64,000 nucleotides of DNA, from sequence record MW021758.1. The stretch is one strand, 5' to 3'. Shown one piece after another: positions 41,600 through 50,798 of this stretch. Numbering within the stretch: position 1 is the first letter of the stretch; every line of letters starts with the position of its first letter. Both the position numbers and the translations under genes were made by a program. The notes under the pieces are model-generated. The model made no database searches and had not been told where the DNA came from. It saw only the letters and a program-made list of their open reading frames with translations.

Positions 41600-42262
41600 T
41601 TACTCGCCGCAGATCTCACGAATGAATCCGGCCAGGCGATCACGGAATGCCGGCAGGGCAAACAGAGACGCTTGTTGCAGGTTCCATTTTTTGATGTTCA
41701 GACGGCGATGTGCCGGATCAGAGAACGCGATTACCGTGTCCAGGAAGAAACGGTAGTTGTTCAGCTGGTTATCGCCCTGAGGCATCGCAGACATGTTACG
41801 CATCACCATGTTGATAGCGAATGCTTTGTTGCGGTTTTCGTTTACCAGTTTCAGCAGGCGGCTGAAGCAGATAGCGAACTCGCCGGCGTCTGGCAGGTTA
41901 ACCAGTTGCTGCAGATTGCGGAACAGCATTTTCTGATTGCTCAGGATTTGGTCAGGAGTCATGTAACGACCCGGCGCCATTTCCTGCGTGTAGGTTTCCA
42001 GATGGATAATGATAGAACGAACAGTGTCGCTCTTACCGGCGTAAACGTCAGCAACAGTCTTAACCTGAGCTGTTTGCTCAGGGGCAGCTGTTTGTACAGA
42101 TACACCAATCGGAGAGTCCTGAGCAACGCTGGCAGCGCTGTCGGTGCCTTCCGGTACTTCGCGGGTATTGACTCGGTCTTGCTCTACTTTGGAGGCTTGA
42201 TCCGAAAGTTCGTTTGCTTCAGCCATACGGCTACGCATACGGTCTTGTCTGTTTTTGCTCAT
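41600..42262 (-). CDS. Hypothetical protein (disordered N-terminus, helical C-terminal domain)
   Basis: 220 aa with an AAGGA RBS and strong codon bias. Confidence 0.75.
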   Translation of the reverse strand: MSKNRQDRMRSRMAEANELSDQASKVEQDRVNTREVPEGTDSAASVAQDSPIGVSVQTAAPEQTAQVKTVADVYAGKSDTVRSIIIHLETYTQEMAPGRYMTPDQILSNQKMLFRNLQQLVNLPDAGEFAICFSRLLKLVNENRNKAFAINMVMRNMSAMPQGDNQLNNYRFFLDTVIAFSDPAHRRLNIKKWNLQQASLFALPAFRDRLAGFIREICGE

Positions 42263-42326
42263 GGCAAATTCCTTGAGGTATGTTTATTACATAGGATTAG
42301 CCGCCTGTTTCCAAGCGGCATTATCG

Positions 42327-42656
42327 CTACGCGGGTTTAATAGGGTTACCCGTCCTAGGGTCGATCCCACTTTTCTGCAATGCTTCACGGGTGGCACTAT
42401 CATCCTCTGAACGCCAACGCGTGCAACATAACTTAATGGTTTCGATTATGTCGTTATCGAGATTGATGAATTCAGTAAAGGACATATTTAGCTCCTTACC
42501 TACTTCATGAAGACGGAAGAACTCCAGTAGCTCTACGAACTTACCTTTGTTAGCTGCTGCCTCCACTTGGTTCATCTCAATAATAGAGTAAGGTGTTGCT
42601 TTGTCGTAGGCTTCTGAATAAATCCCGTTATCCAGATCGTACGCACGCCGTAACAT
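42327..42656 (-). CDS. Small protein, possible tail/baseplate assembly chaperone partner
   Basis: 109 aa. ELNMSFTEFINL resembles small chaperone-associated helical domains. Confidence 0.45.
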   Translation of the reverse strand: MLRRAYDLDNGIYSEAYDKATPYSIIEMNQVEAAANKGKFVELLEFFRLHEVGKELNMSFTEFINLDNDIIETIKLCCTRWRSEDDSATREALQKSGIDPRTGNPIKPA

Positions 42657-42697
42657 TATCTTACTCTGAAGACTCCCTAGGCCGTGGTAGGTTTCGA

Positions 42698-44443
42698 TTA
42701 TACCGGCAGCCCGCTCTCCGAGACCCTGGTTACCAAAGCGCTCACTCCTAATGTCTGTAGGTTTGTCAGTGGTATTCCACCCGAGACGCGGATCCTGTGT
42801 TGTGCAAGGGTAAAAAAACCGGTGGCAGGGTTAAACGGAACGATAACCGTGCTTTCTCCTTTCTTGTTCAAGTGGTATTTACCACAGCTTGGACAAGCGA
42901 CGTTAGGGAACCCAACCAACGCACCAATGGAGTCATTGACGAAGTCGTTGATAGCGCCCATCAGTTCCATGGAACCTTTCGCGTCTGCGGCCAGTTGACG
43001 GAGGACATCAATGATAGTAGGCATGTCCTGAATCAGGTAGTAACCACCTTCGTGATCCTGGGACGGAACCTTGATCTCTTTGATGTAATGTGCAAAGCGG
43101 CACAGGTCTTCGGTAGACAGCGCCGACTGAACTGCTGCGGCACGGTGCTCAGCATCATCGTATTGAGAACGCAGAGATTCTGACAGTGCGCGGTTAATCG
43201 AACTGATCCACTCGCGCCCACGTACCAGGTACTCATCTGCAGACGGATCGTTGAAGTAGAACACACGACCGTTGTATTCCCAGTTAGCGGTGTTCAGGAT
43301 TTCGAACTCTTCATGGTACTTAACCAAGTCTTCAACTTTCGTTTGGACTTTATTGGTGCGGCCCATGTGAGCCAGTTGTTTCGCAGTGAAGCGAGACTCA
43401 TCAACCCAGAACATGCGCAGCGGGTTTGCATGAACAGTTTGTACATCGTGGCACTCGGCGCATGGAATTGCAATCGGAGTACCGTCAGGGAATGCAGCCA
43501 TTGCCATACCCCAGATGAGTACCGGGATATCATTCTTAGCGATGAACTCTTTCAGCTCCAATGGGTTCTTGGAGAATGGCAGAGTAGAGCTGGTTACCAA
43601 CTTCAATGCGGAGTCCAACAGAACTTCGTCGAATACCAACGCATCGTTAGAACCAACAGCACCGTTAGTATCCAGGCCGATCTCTTCACGAGAGAAAGCC
43701 AGAGCACGGTCGATCTCTGCCAGGTAGGCACCCGTCGGTGCACGCAGGGTTACCCAGAAGCCAGAATGCCACAGAGGAATCTGTACGGAGCGGCCCAGGT
43801 TAGTACCTGCCATGAAGAGGTCTACTGCACCGTGGCCACTTACTACTGCACCTTGTTCTTTAGTCAGCGCAAAGCGATGACGACGAGGGCCCAGTTGCGT
43901 TGAGTCGTTAGCCTGGGTCAGGTATTGACGCCAGCGGCTACCGATACGAGTTGTAGCTTTGATCAGACCTTCTCCTGGGTAAGCGGTGTCTTGGGCACTG
44001 GTACCAGTCAGCAGGAACGGAAGAATTTCCATGTTGTTACTTTCTTCTTCGCTCATGCGTTCGGTTTTGTTGTTGAAGTCTTCACGCGTGGTGTTCAACA
44101 ATACCATGCCGGACTGCACGCCGGTTTTGGAGTCGATCAGTTTATAGACGTCACCTTGAATCTTCAGGGTACCGTCTTCTACCGGATAGATAGGATCCTC
44201 AATAGGCTCCGGTTCTTTTACCGGTACATCTGCTTCCGGGATTTCTACCGGAGTTTCTTTCTCAACCGGCGCTGGTTGTTCAACCTGCATAGTTGGTGGA
44301 AGTTCATCAGTTTCGACTTCGTAGTCGTCGAAGATGTTCTTCTTTTCTACTTCCACTCCCGGAGCAATAACTTGTTCTGCTGCCGGTTGTTCGTTGTCGA
44401 TAGGCGGGGTTACATCCATGCCTGGAGTTAAATCAGTTGACAT
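42698..44443 (-). CDS. Probable baseplate hub assembly chaperone-like protein with two CxxC motifs
   Basis: 581 aa. Acidic Pro-rich N-terminus, WHSGFWVTLRAPT, CAEC and CPSC, reminiscent of T4 gp26/gp51-like proteins. Confidence 0.4.
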   Translation of the reverse strand: MSTDLTPGMDVTPPIDNEQPAAEQVIAPGVEVEKKNIFDDYEVETDELPPTMQVEQPAPVEKETPVEIPEADVPVKEPEPIEDPIYPVEDGTLKIQGDVYKLIDSKTGVQSGMVLLNTTREDFNNKTERMSEEESNNMEILPFLLTGTSAQDTAYPGEGLIKATTRIGSRWRQYLTQANDSTQLGPRRHRFALTKEQGAVVSGHGAVDLFMAGTNLGRSVQIPLWHSGFWVTLRAPTGAYLAEIDRALAFSREEIGLDTNGAVGSNDALVFDEVLLDSALKLVTSSTLPFSKNPLELKEFIAKNDIPVLIWGMAMAAFPDGTPIAIPCAECHDVQTVHANPLRMFWVDESRFTAKQLAHMGRTNKVQTKVEDLVKYHEEFEILNTANWEYNGRVFYFNDPSADEYLVRGREWISSINRALSESLRSQYDDAEHRAAAVQSALSTEDLCRFAHYIKEIKVPSQDHEGGYYLIQDMPTIIDVLRQLAADAKGSMELMGAINDFVNDSIGALVGFPNVACPSCGKYHLNKKGESTVIVPFNPATGFFTLAQHRIRVSGGIPLTNLQTLGVSALVTRVSESGLPV

Positions 44444-44846
44444 CTTTCTTTCCTTCTACTTTAAGGATAATATCAGTACACTCTGCCATTGGCACCAGGA
44501 AAGCCGACATCCTGACGAGGTACTCACTAAGTACTTCGCGCAAGTGGTCGCAATCTGAGCCTATTTCCAAAGCTTCCACTTCTTTCTTAAACTTAGCCAG
44601 ACTGGTCGCATAAGTGTTGAACTCTTGGCCAATCGTATGAATCTTTTCGGAGAATAACTCCAGCTGGTCTTCCGGTACGGTCCCGGCTTCTTTCAGCTTG
44701 GTGTAATAAGCGAGAAGTTGATAAATTTCAATCAGCTTCTGGCGGATTACTTCGATTTGTTCCAGGACTTTTTCCCTGGTTACTTCGGGGCGAGATGTAG
44801 CTTTCACCACCTTCGTTTTCTTACGAGGTTTTCGGCTTACTGGCAT
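44433..44846 (-). CDS. Hypothetical coiled-coil protein with a basic N-terminus
   Basis: 137 aa with an AAGGA RBS. Confidence 0.7.
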   Translation of the reverse strand: MPVSRKPRKKTKVVKATSRPEVTREKVLEQIEVIRQKLIEIYQLLAYYTKLKEAGTVPEDQLELFSEKIHTIGQEFNTYATSLAKFKKEVEALEIGSDCDHLREVLSEYLVRMSAFLVPMAECTDIILKVEGKKDVN

Positions 44847-44938
44847 CTTATTTTCCTTTATCAGAATTTTGATATAAAAGACTACATCTCATACGGTACC
44901 TATGTAAATATTTATTCAATAACGTTGAGGGTCATCAC

Positions 44939-45781
44939 GTGATCTTAGAAGACTTAATGAGTTACGTCGAAAAGACTAACTCGCCTGAAAGGGTATCGGC
45001 ATATAAAGGGTTGCTCCCTTTCTTGATGCAATTAGACCCCTCATTGATGGAAATGAACCTCAGTCAGTTCGTCGGGTTCATGGACAGTTACGACACCACC
45101 AACAACCGTGAACAGTTGGATAACTTCCTTATTCAGGTTGTTACTGAAGGTATCGAAGACTTTGGCGTTTACCTGGCTGATGACATGGATTATCGCGATG
45201 CGTTATTCCTGCTTGGCGATACGCTTAAAGCACTTTACCGCGTTGACCAATACGAAGACATGGCTACGCTCAGTAATCTCCTTGATGAAGGTCTGACAGC
45301 CAAAGAAACGGTAGTCAGTATCCTCGGTACGGTGAGTCCTGAGATTCAGCAAGAGCGCTTGCTCGATTTCATCGAAGACGTATCAACTACCTTGGTTCGT
45401 CAATGGAAAGATGCCTTTGCTGACCTCGCTTATCAATTCGATGAACAAATCCCTAGCGCCGATGCTCTGCTGGTTGAGCGTGTTCGTTTGGCTCTTCAGG
45501 AACTCCAAATCGAATCTGCCCGTACCTACTTTACTGAAGGCGGTATTATCGGCGAGCCTATGGATAACTACCTGGATTATTTCCTGGGTTATCTCAAACC
45601 GACCGATAGCGAACTGATTGCTAAGTACGCTCTGTTCTCAGCAATTGCTTCAGATACTCCTCCAGATGAAGTCAGAACCAACGTGGCTTCTAAGATGGAG
45701 TTCTACTATAACGGTGCTGAGCTGTTAGCCGTCACCCGTAAAATTGCTTCCCTGCCTCTCCCGGAGTTTGTCTATGCTTAA
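44939..45781 (+). CDS. Hypothetical acidic helical protein, coupled to the RNAP gene
   Basis: 280 aa with a GTG start, overlapping the next start. Confidence 0.7.
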   Translation: MILEDLMSYVEKTNSPERVSAYKGLLPFLMQLDPSLMEMNLSQFVGFMDSYDTTNNREQLDNFLIQVVTEGIEDFGVYLADDMDYRDALFLLGDTLKALYRVDQYEDMATLSNLLDEGLTAKETVVSILGTVSPEIQQERLLDFIEDVSTTLVRQWKDAFADLAYQFDEQIPSADALLVERVRLALQELQIESARTYFTEGGIIGEPMDNYLDYFLGYLKPTDSELIAKYALFSAIASDTPPDEVRTNVASKMEFYYNGAELLAVTRKIASLPLPEFVYA

Positions 45782-47162
45782 GCGAGATTACTTCCTTAAG
45801 GCGCTCCGTGCGGGTGCCTACCAATACAAGGAATGGATGGTAGAATGTTTCGCCATGGTTGCGCTCCCTAATCGTCCTGAGGTAGAAAACCTCATCACGG
45901 CTAAAGAGCTAATGATTCAGGATCCTTACGGAAAGATTGTCTACGACAACGAACCTGATCGCTATGCGTTCGAACGCTATCCTTATCAACTCTTCAAAGA
46001 CGATGACCGCGTGGTCTTCTTCGATCGTGATACGCAAGCCTGGGAACCTCTCCAAGAAGTCCGGTTAAACTATCCGTTCTTCCGGTTCAAAGATGAAATC
46101 ACGCTGAACAAAGGCGACCTAGTAAACGTAGATCGGGAACTGACTACCTGGTATGGCAACGTGGTAGTGAACCAAACTATACTCTGCCACAGCTTCGGTG
46201 CTACGATTCCTTTCATGGCTGGTCAAATCAAGATCGGTGCTATCGAATCTAAAATCGCCGAGTTGCTTACTTCTACTCCTGAACAAGGGGAAGAGCGTGA
46301 CGCTACCAAGATCTACACCGACGATCTGGAAAAGAAATATTACCAAGCTGCCTACTCGGTAACTGGCTGGTGTCAATTGGCTGCCCCTGCTGCTACTCCT
46401 TACACGATCTTGACCGATAAAAATATCATCAAGCGTCGTAACGAGCTCTTGGAGCAATACAAGGATCAACTCCACGATGCAACTGTCGTAGCTAAGATCA
46501 TGGGTGAGCTGAAGGATATGGATAAAGCCTTCCAGGATCAAGACCCGGAGAAAGGGTTCTTGAAGAACGGTAAAGACTTTGACATCACGCGCATGAAGTC
46601 CTACGTAATGCACGGTATAGAACGTGACTTTAACGATCCCAACAAGATCACGGTTATCGATCGTTCCCTGGCAGAGCAATGGGACATCAAACGTTTACCG
46701 CAGATGGCTAACTCCCTAATCGATGGTTCCTTTAACCGTGGCTTCTTGACAGCGCTAGGTGGCGAGGCAGCGAAGTTCTTGTCTCGCTTCTTCCTGAACA
46801 CCAACGTTTCAGAAGATGATTGCGGCAGTGTGTTAGGTAAACTTCACGTTATCGATAGGGATAGCGCAGAAGGGTTCTACTGGGCATACGCTCTAGTTAA
46901 TGGCAAGATGGTTCAGATTACGCCAGATAACGTAAGTGAGTTTTACGGAAAACCTACTGTAATGCGTTCTCCGCAGTTCTGCAATACAGTTGATGGTAAC
47001 TTCTGCGTGAAGTGCCTTGGTGAGCGCTACGTCGATTCTAAGCAGGCTATGAGCTCATTAGCGACCGAGGTCGGTAACGTACTAATGAATATCTTCATGC
47101 AGTCCATGCATGGAAAGGCAGTTAAGACAGAAAAATGGAATTGGCAACGTGACCTATTCTAG
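45774..47162 (+). CDS. Virion RNA polymerase beta'-like C-terminal subunit (phiKZ gp80-like)
   Basis: TALGGEAAKFLSR (bridge-helix-like), EDDCG, and MRSPQFCNTVDGNFCVKCLG (beta' zinc-binding region). Confidence 0.8.
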   Translation: MLKRDYFLKALRAGAYQYKEWMVECFAMVALPNRPEVENLITAKELMIQDPYGKIVYDNEPDRYAFERYPYQLFKDDDRVVFFDRDTQAWEPLQEVRLNYPFFRFKDEITLNKGDLVNVDRELTTWYGNVVVNQTILCHSFGATIPFMAGQIKIGAIESKIAELLTSTPEQGEERDATKIYTDDLEKKYYQAAYSVTGWCQLAAPAATPYTILTDKNIIKRRNELLEQYKDQLHDATVVAKIMGELKDMDKAFQDQDPEKGFLKNGKDFDITRMKSYVMHGIERDFNDPNKITVIDRSLAEQWDIKRLPQMANSLIDGSFNRGFLTALGGEAAKFLSRFFLNTNVSEDDCGSVLGKLHVIDRDSAEGFYWAYALVNGKMVQITPDNVSEFYGKPTVMRSPQFCNTVDGNFCVKCLGERYVDSKQAMSSLATEVGNVLMNIFMQSMHGKAVKTEKWNWQRDLF

Positions 47163-47200
47163 GTCCGCCTAGCCAAAAAAAAATAAGTAACCGTGAAGAA

Positions 47201-47233
47201 TAGTCCAGAGTACCCCGAAGGGTACTCTGGCTA
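47201..47233. terminator. Terminator between convergent genes
   Basis: CAGAGTACCC-CGAA-GGGTACTCTG, giving a UUCG loop on the minus strand. Confidence 0.85.
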
Positions 47234-47237
47234 TGTT

Positions 47238-48584
47238 CTACTTCTTAATTAAAGGGTCTTTATCTGATCCAACATAATACGTGTTGGGGTGATTAGTCGG
47301 ATGATCCATCTTGGCTGACAGAGTACTGTAGTGTTTACCTAAAGTATCTGCGGCAATTCGTAGAGACGGGTAATGGACTCCATCTACTACAACAGCTTTC
47401 GAAGTTGATCTGACTAATTTAGCAGGGTCATCGATTTCTATCTTTTCCCAGTTAGGGAATCTATCATCCTGAGCCCTTCTGATTACAGTAGACGAGGATA
47501 CGTTGTAAACCTCTCCAACTTCGGTTGATGTAAAGTATATTTTACCATCCACCCGATAACCAGTCTTATCCGAGTTAATAGATACCGTTTCTACTTTCTT
47601 ACCTGATTTAACATCAGGATCATGTTCAGAGCCGATCATGTACCATCCTGGATAGTTTTTATTAACTAACCTACGGGTGACACTAGACTGATTGATGCCG
47701 AGAATACGGGCGCACTCTGAAGCGGACGGATACTTAATCCCGTCACCCATGATTGCTTTGGAAATGGCAGTCGCTGTATTCCGAATATGTTCCTCGGAGT
47801 TAGGTCTACCTTTCCGTACTTCAGACATCTTACGTTTGGTTTCATCAGAAGCCACCTTACCCATCTTAGCTAGAGATTGTTTACGGCGGGTTTCGTCAGA
47901 AGCTTTTACGCCTAGTTTAGGAAGTTCGGCGGTATCTCCGATATTGAACACGGCTTGTTTACGTTTAACGTAATTCAAAGCCTCATTCTCTAACCAGAAA
48001 GGAGTCAGGGTTTCAGTGGTACGAATAACCTGTGCCTTGATCCTAACTACTGGGTCGTCTTTGTGTAGATTGTAGAAGGTCTGAAGCTTACCGTTACAAT
48101 GGCGATTACTTGCCAAATCGTTAAGGTGCTCTTTTAACCGTTTGTATACGTTTACACTCGATCCAATATAGGAGATCGGTTTATTCGAGAACGACAAGAT
48201 ATAGACGCCAGCGAAAGCGCCCTCAGATCGGTTGAATCCGAAATCTCCCATCAGGTCGTCAATCGGAATTATATCCACGATCTTCTCGTAATCACCATCC
48301 TCGAAAATCGTTTCTTTGGTGTTGATTGAGAATTCAGCTCCCGATACAGACGTTATAGAAGGCGGCAGGGAGGCAAGAGGAATAGACCCCTCCTTACCCC
48401 ATCGCTCGGTATTGAACAGCTCGGTGACGTCCTTCAGGGCGCCAGGTAATAAGACCTCAGGCTTACGAAGTGCGTTGATCGCAATCGTCATCAGAAGGTC
48501 ATAAACCCCTGGGCTTGGTTGGCCCAGGAGTAAACTACTTTTATTGATTAAGGTGGAATCTTCCGCCAGTATTACTTTACTCAT
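47238..48584 (-). CDS. Free-standing GIY-YIG homing endonuclease with NUMOD3 and three NUMOD1/HTH-like repeats
   Basis: GVYILSF...SYIGSSVNVYKRLKEH, and HCNGKLQ. SDETRRKQS, SDETKRKMS and SEEHIRNT are NUMOD3-like. Three DG..Y.S....... repeats follow. Confidence 0.85.
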   Translation of the reverse strand: MSKVILAEDSTLINKSSLLLGQPSPGVYDLLMTIAINALRKPEVLLPGALKDVTELFNTERWGKEGSIPLASLPPSITSVSGAEFSINTKETIFEDGDYEKIVDIIPIDDLMGDFGFNRSEGAFAGVYILSFSNKPISYIGSSVNVYKRLKEHLNDLASNRHCNGKLQTFYNLHKDDPVVRIKAQVIRTTETLTPFWLENEALNYVKRKQAVFNIGDTAELPKLGVKASDETRRKQSLAKMGKVASDETKRKMSEVRKGRPNSEEHIRNTATAISKAIMGDGIKYPSASECARILGINQSSVTRRLVNKNYPGWYMIGSEHDPDVKSGKKVETVSINSDKTGYRVDGKIYFTSTEVGEVYNVSSSTVIRRAQDDRFPNWEKIEIDDPAKLVRSTSKAVVVDGVHYPSLRIAADTLGKHYSTLSAKMDHPTNHPNTYYVGSDKDPLIKK

Positions 48585-48664
48585 TTAAAAATCCTTTGCA
48601 AAGGAGGCTAAGAAAGCCAAGGTTAAGATTTTTTAATAGAGGGTAGCTAATCCCCTACATTAGA

Positions 48665-48678
48665 GTAATATATACGTG
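48665..48678 (-). promoter_or_regulatory. Early promoter motif CACGTATATATTAC upstream of the endonuclease
   Basis: Contains TATATTAC. The same 14-mer occurs at 52778-52791. Confidence 0.7.
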
Positions 48679-48704
48679 ACTTGGATTCCACCCGTAATTA
48701 GGGT

Positions 48705-49574
48705 TTACTTCTTGCTCGAGTCGTTGACCAGGCGGATAAAGGCAACCGCAGAATCAATCGCAGCACGCAGAGGAGATACGTAGAACAGCTCAGCGATTTC
48801 TACATGGCATTCAGAATCGATGAAGTCGGAGATCTCGCGGATCTTTTTGTTGTTGTGCTTGACGGATTGGTCACGCCAGATACCTTCGGAAGTATCGATA
48901 CCGGGAACGTCGAAGAGTTTGTAGTCGTCCCATTCGTTCAGGAACTTCATACCTTCTTCTACAATACCGAAAGCGACTTTAACCGCTTTGGCGATATCTT
49001 GGGTAGCAGGCAGTTCTTCCAGGGTGACTTTACCGTCATGGAATTTGTATTTGCGTTTGGTGCCGTCCATCTCTACTTCGAAACCGCCGAGCATCGGTTT
49101 GTCGAACTTAAGGCCTTCCAGTGGACATTTGATGTCCGAGTAGGCGCTTTGGATAGCGGCAGAAGCGTTCTCGATTTTATCGGCCTGGTAGTCTTCGTCC
49201 AGTTTCTTCTCGATACCACGGATCTCTTTACTGCGAGCTTCGAGTACCTTCGCGCCTTCTTTGGCGTAGTCGATGGCTTCTTTGAAGTTATCGGTCAGCG
49301 CTTTACCGATGTTCTCTGGGAGTTCCCCATTAAGGAGAACCAGGCTCCAGAGCGGATTGATCGTTGAGATGTCGGAATGCTCAGCTACCCACTCAGCGGA
49401 GCCGAGTTTATTCTCGACATCGTTCTTGTGTTTTTCCAGATACCCGGTAGCTTCGATCGTCTTCTCTGGGATCGTCAGCAACGTTTTAGTTTCTGGTTCT
49501 TTTTTGGCTCTCAAGGAGTCGAGGAAACTTTCGTTGCTGACTGCAGAGCGCGCTAAGATTTTTGATCTTAACAT
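48705..49574 (-). CDS. Probable internal head protein with a short propeptide
   Basis: MLRSKILARSAVSNE-S N-terminus like the head paralogs, and strong codon bias. Confidence 0.5.
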   Translation of the reverse strand: MLRSKILARSAVSNESFLDSLRAKKEPETKTLLTIPEKTIEATGYLEKHKNDVENKLGSAEWVAEHSDISTINPLWSLVLLNGELPENIGKALTDNFKEAIDYAKEGAKVLEARSKEIRGIEKKLDEDYQADKIENASAAIQSAYSDIKCPLEGLKFDKPMLGGFEVEMDGTKRKYKFHDGKVTLEELPATQDIAKAVKVAFGIVEEGMKFLNEWDDYKLFDVPGIDTSEGIWRDQSVKHNNKKIREISDFIDSECHVEIAELFYVSPLRAAIDSAVAFIRLVNDSSKK

Positions 49575-49605
49575 TTTGGTTATTCCTTTTCACATGGTTG
49601 TCGAA

Positions 49606-50262
49606 TTAACATAACAACCGACTCTCCAGTATCTCTAGAACCCAGTCCATTATAAACGTTAGCGTTTTACCACGGATGTTCAAAACAGGAATGTTTCTAT
49701 CTACTGCTAACTTAGTAGCCGTGCGAGTTCCTCCCTTAGGTAATCCGTGTTTATCCTCATCTGCACAATAGAGCACAAAGAGGGACGGAGAGTTTAGGTC
49801 TTTACCTAAGGTCTGATAAACGTTACGTACATGGAACTTACGTTGGGCATCCGTGAGTCTGTCGAAGATAGGGTGAATAGTTGAGCAGATCTCTGAGGCT
49901 TTGTCGTAGTGATCCATTTCCCAAATTGAATTATCCTTAGAGGTATTCGGGTTATCAAGCTCAAACTTTTTCCAGGGTAAATAAATCTCCAATGGAGCTA
50001 AGGGGAGATTGTTCAAACTACATTTATGGTTGGAATACTCCACGCCAGCTTGGAAGGCTTGGTCCGATCCAGGAGCACGGCCTGAACGAACTCCGATTCT
50101 GAAAGTAACTGAGATTACTGAGGCGAGCATTTTCATTAAAGAGAACTCGTCTTCGGTTACTTCGGTTGAACCGATCCCAGTAAAGAAGTATTCTTTTTCG
50201 GGATTCAGTTTATCGCACACAGCCTTTATACGTTCGACTTTAGTTTTCATTGAATTCTCCAA
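49606..50262 (-). CDS. SLOG-superfamily (DprA/Smf-like) protein
   Basis: FTGIGS, VRSGRAPGSDQAF, EIYLPW, C-terminal GGTRTATKLA and IPVLNI. Confidence 0.7.
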   Translation of the reverse strand: MENSMKTKVERIKAVCDKLNPEKEYFFTGIGSTEVTEDEFSLMKMLASVISVTFRIGVRSGRAPGSDQAFQAGVEYSNHKCSLNNLPLAPLEIYLPWKKFELDNPNTSKDNSIWEMDHYDKASEICSTIHPIFDRLTDAQRKFHVRNVYQTLGKDLNSPSLFVLYCADEDKHGLPKGGTRTATKLAVDRNIPVLNIRGKTLTFIMDWVLEILESRLLC

Positions 50263-50288
50263 AAAAAGAAATAGTTACTTTAGATGAA

Positions 50289-50314
50289 GCAGAGTACCCC
50301 GAAGGGTACTCTGC
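50289..50314 (-). terminator. Terminator, 24-bp identical to the one at 47206-47229
   Basis: CAGAGTACCCCGAAGGGTACTCTG. Confidence 0.8.
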
Positions 50315-50321
50315 GATTATG

Positions 50322-50798
50322 TTACAATAGTTCTTTCAACTGAAATGCTACTTTGCGGCCCAGGTCGGCACCTTTCTTACAGTCTTCCAGAGTCCAAGGA
50401 TCGCCGTGTTGATGATTGTGCAGGGCGCGAGTGTTGATGTCCGCCACCAGAGCCTGGATCAGTGCGTCAACGCGGTCTTCTTTGCTGCCGACGGAGCCTG
50501 GGAATTCACGGAAGAGTTCTTTGAAACCATTGTTCAACTGGATCGCCGCAAGCTCCGCTTCTTTAGAGATAGTAATATCGTACTTGATTACTATCTCAGT
50601 AATATGCATCCGGCGAATGAAACCTTCTTCTTTCCAATCGTCTGCAAATAAAAGGCAGAGCGCGTACTTTAATCCATCGAGAGGTTTCAACTCTTCGGTG
50701 GTAAAACGCGCAGTTTCCGAGTGGCCTTCGTAGGTCAGCGTTAAGGCTAGTTCACCGGCATCATCGGTAAGGGAAGTAACTTCTACTTTTCTGGCCAT
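50322..50798 (-). CDS. Hypothetical protein
   Basis: 158 aa with strong codon bias and a start overlapping the upstream stop. Confidence 0.7.
   Translation of the reverse strand: MARKVEVTSLTDDAGELALTLTYEGHSETARFTTEELKPLDGLKYALCLLFADDWKEEGFIRRMHITEIVIKYDITISKEAELAAIQLNNGFKELFREFPGSVGSKEDRVDALIQALVADINTRALHNHQHGDPWTLEDCKKGADLGRKVAFQLKELL

Noticed and set aside
47238-48584. Group I intron around the GIY-YIG ORF
   Set aside because: No downstream exon or intron core is visible. The ORF has its own promoter motif and ends at a terminator facing a convergent gene.
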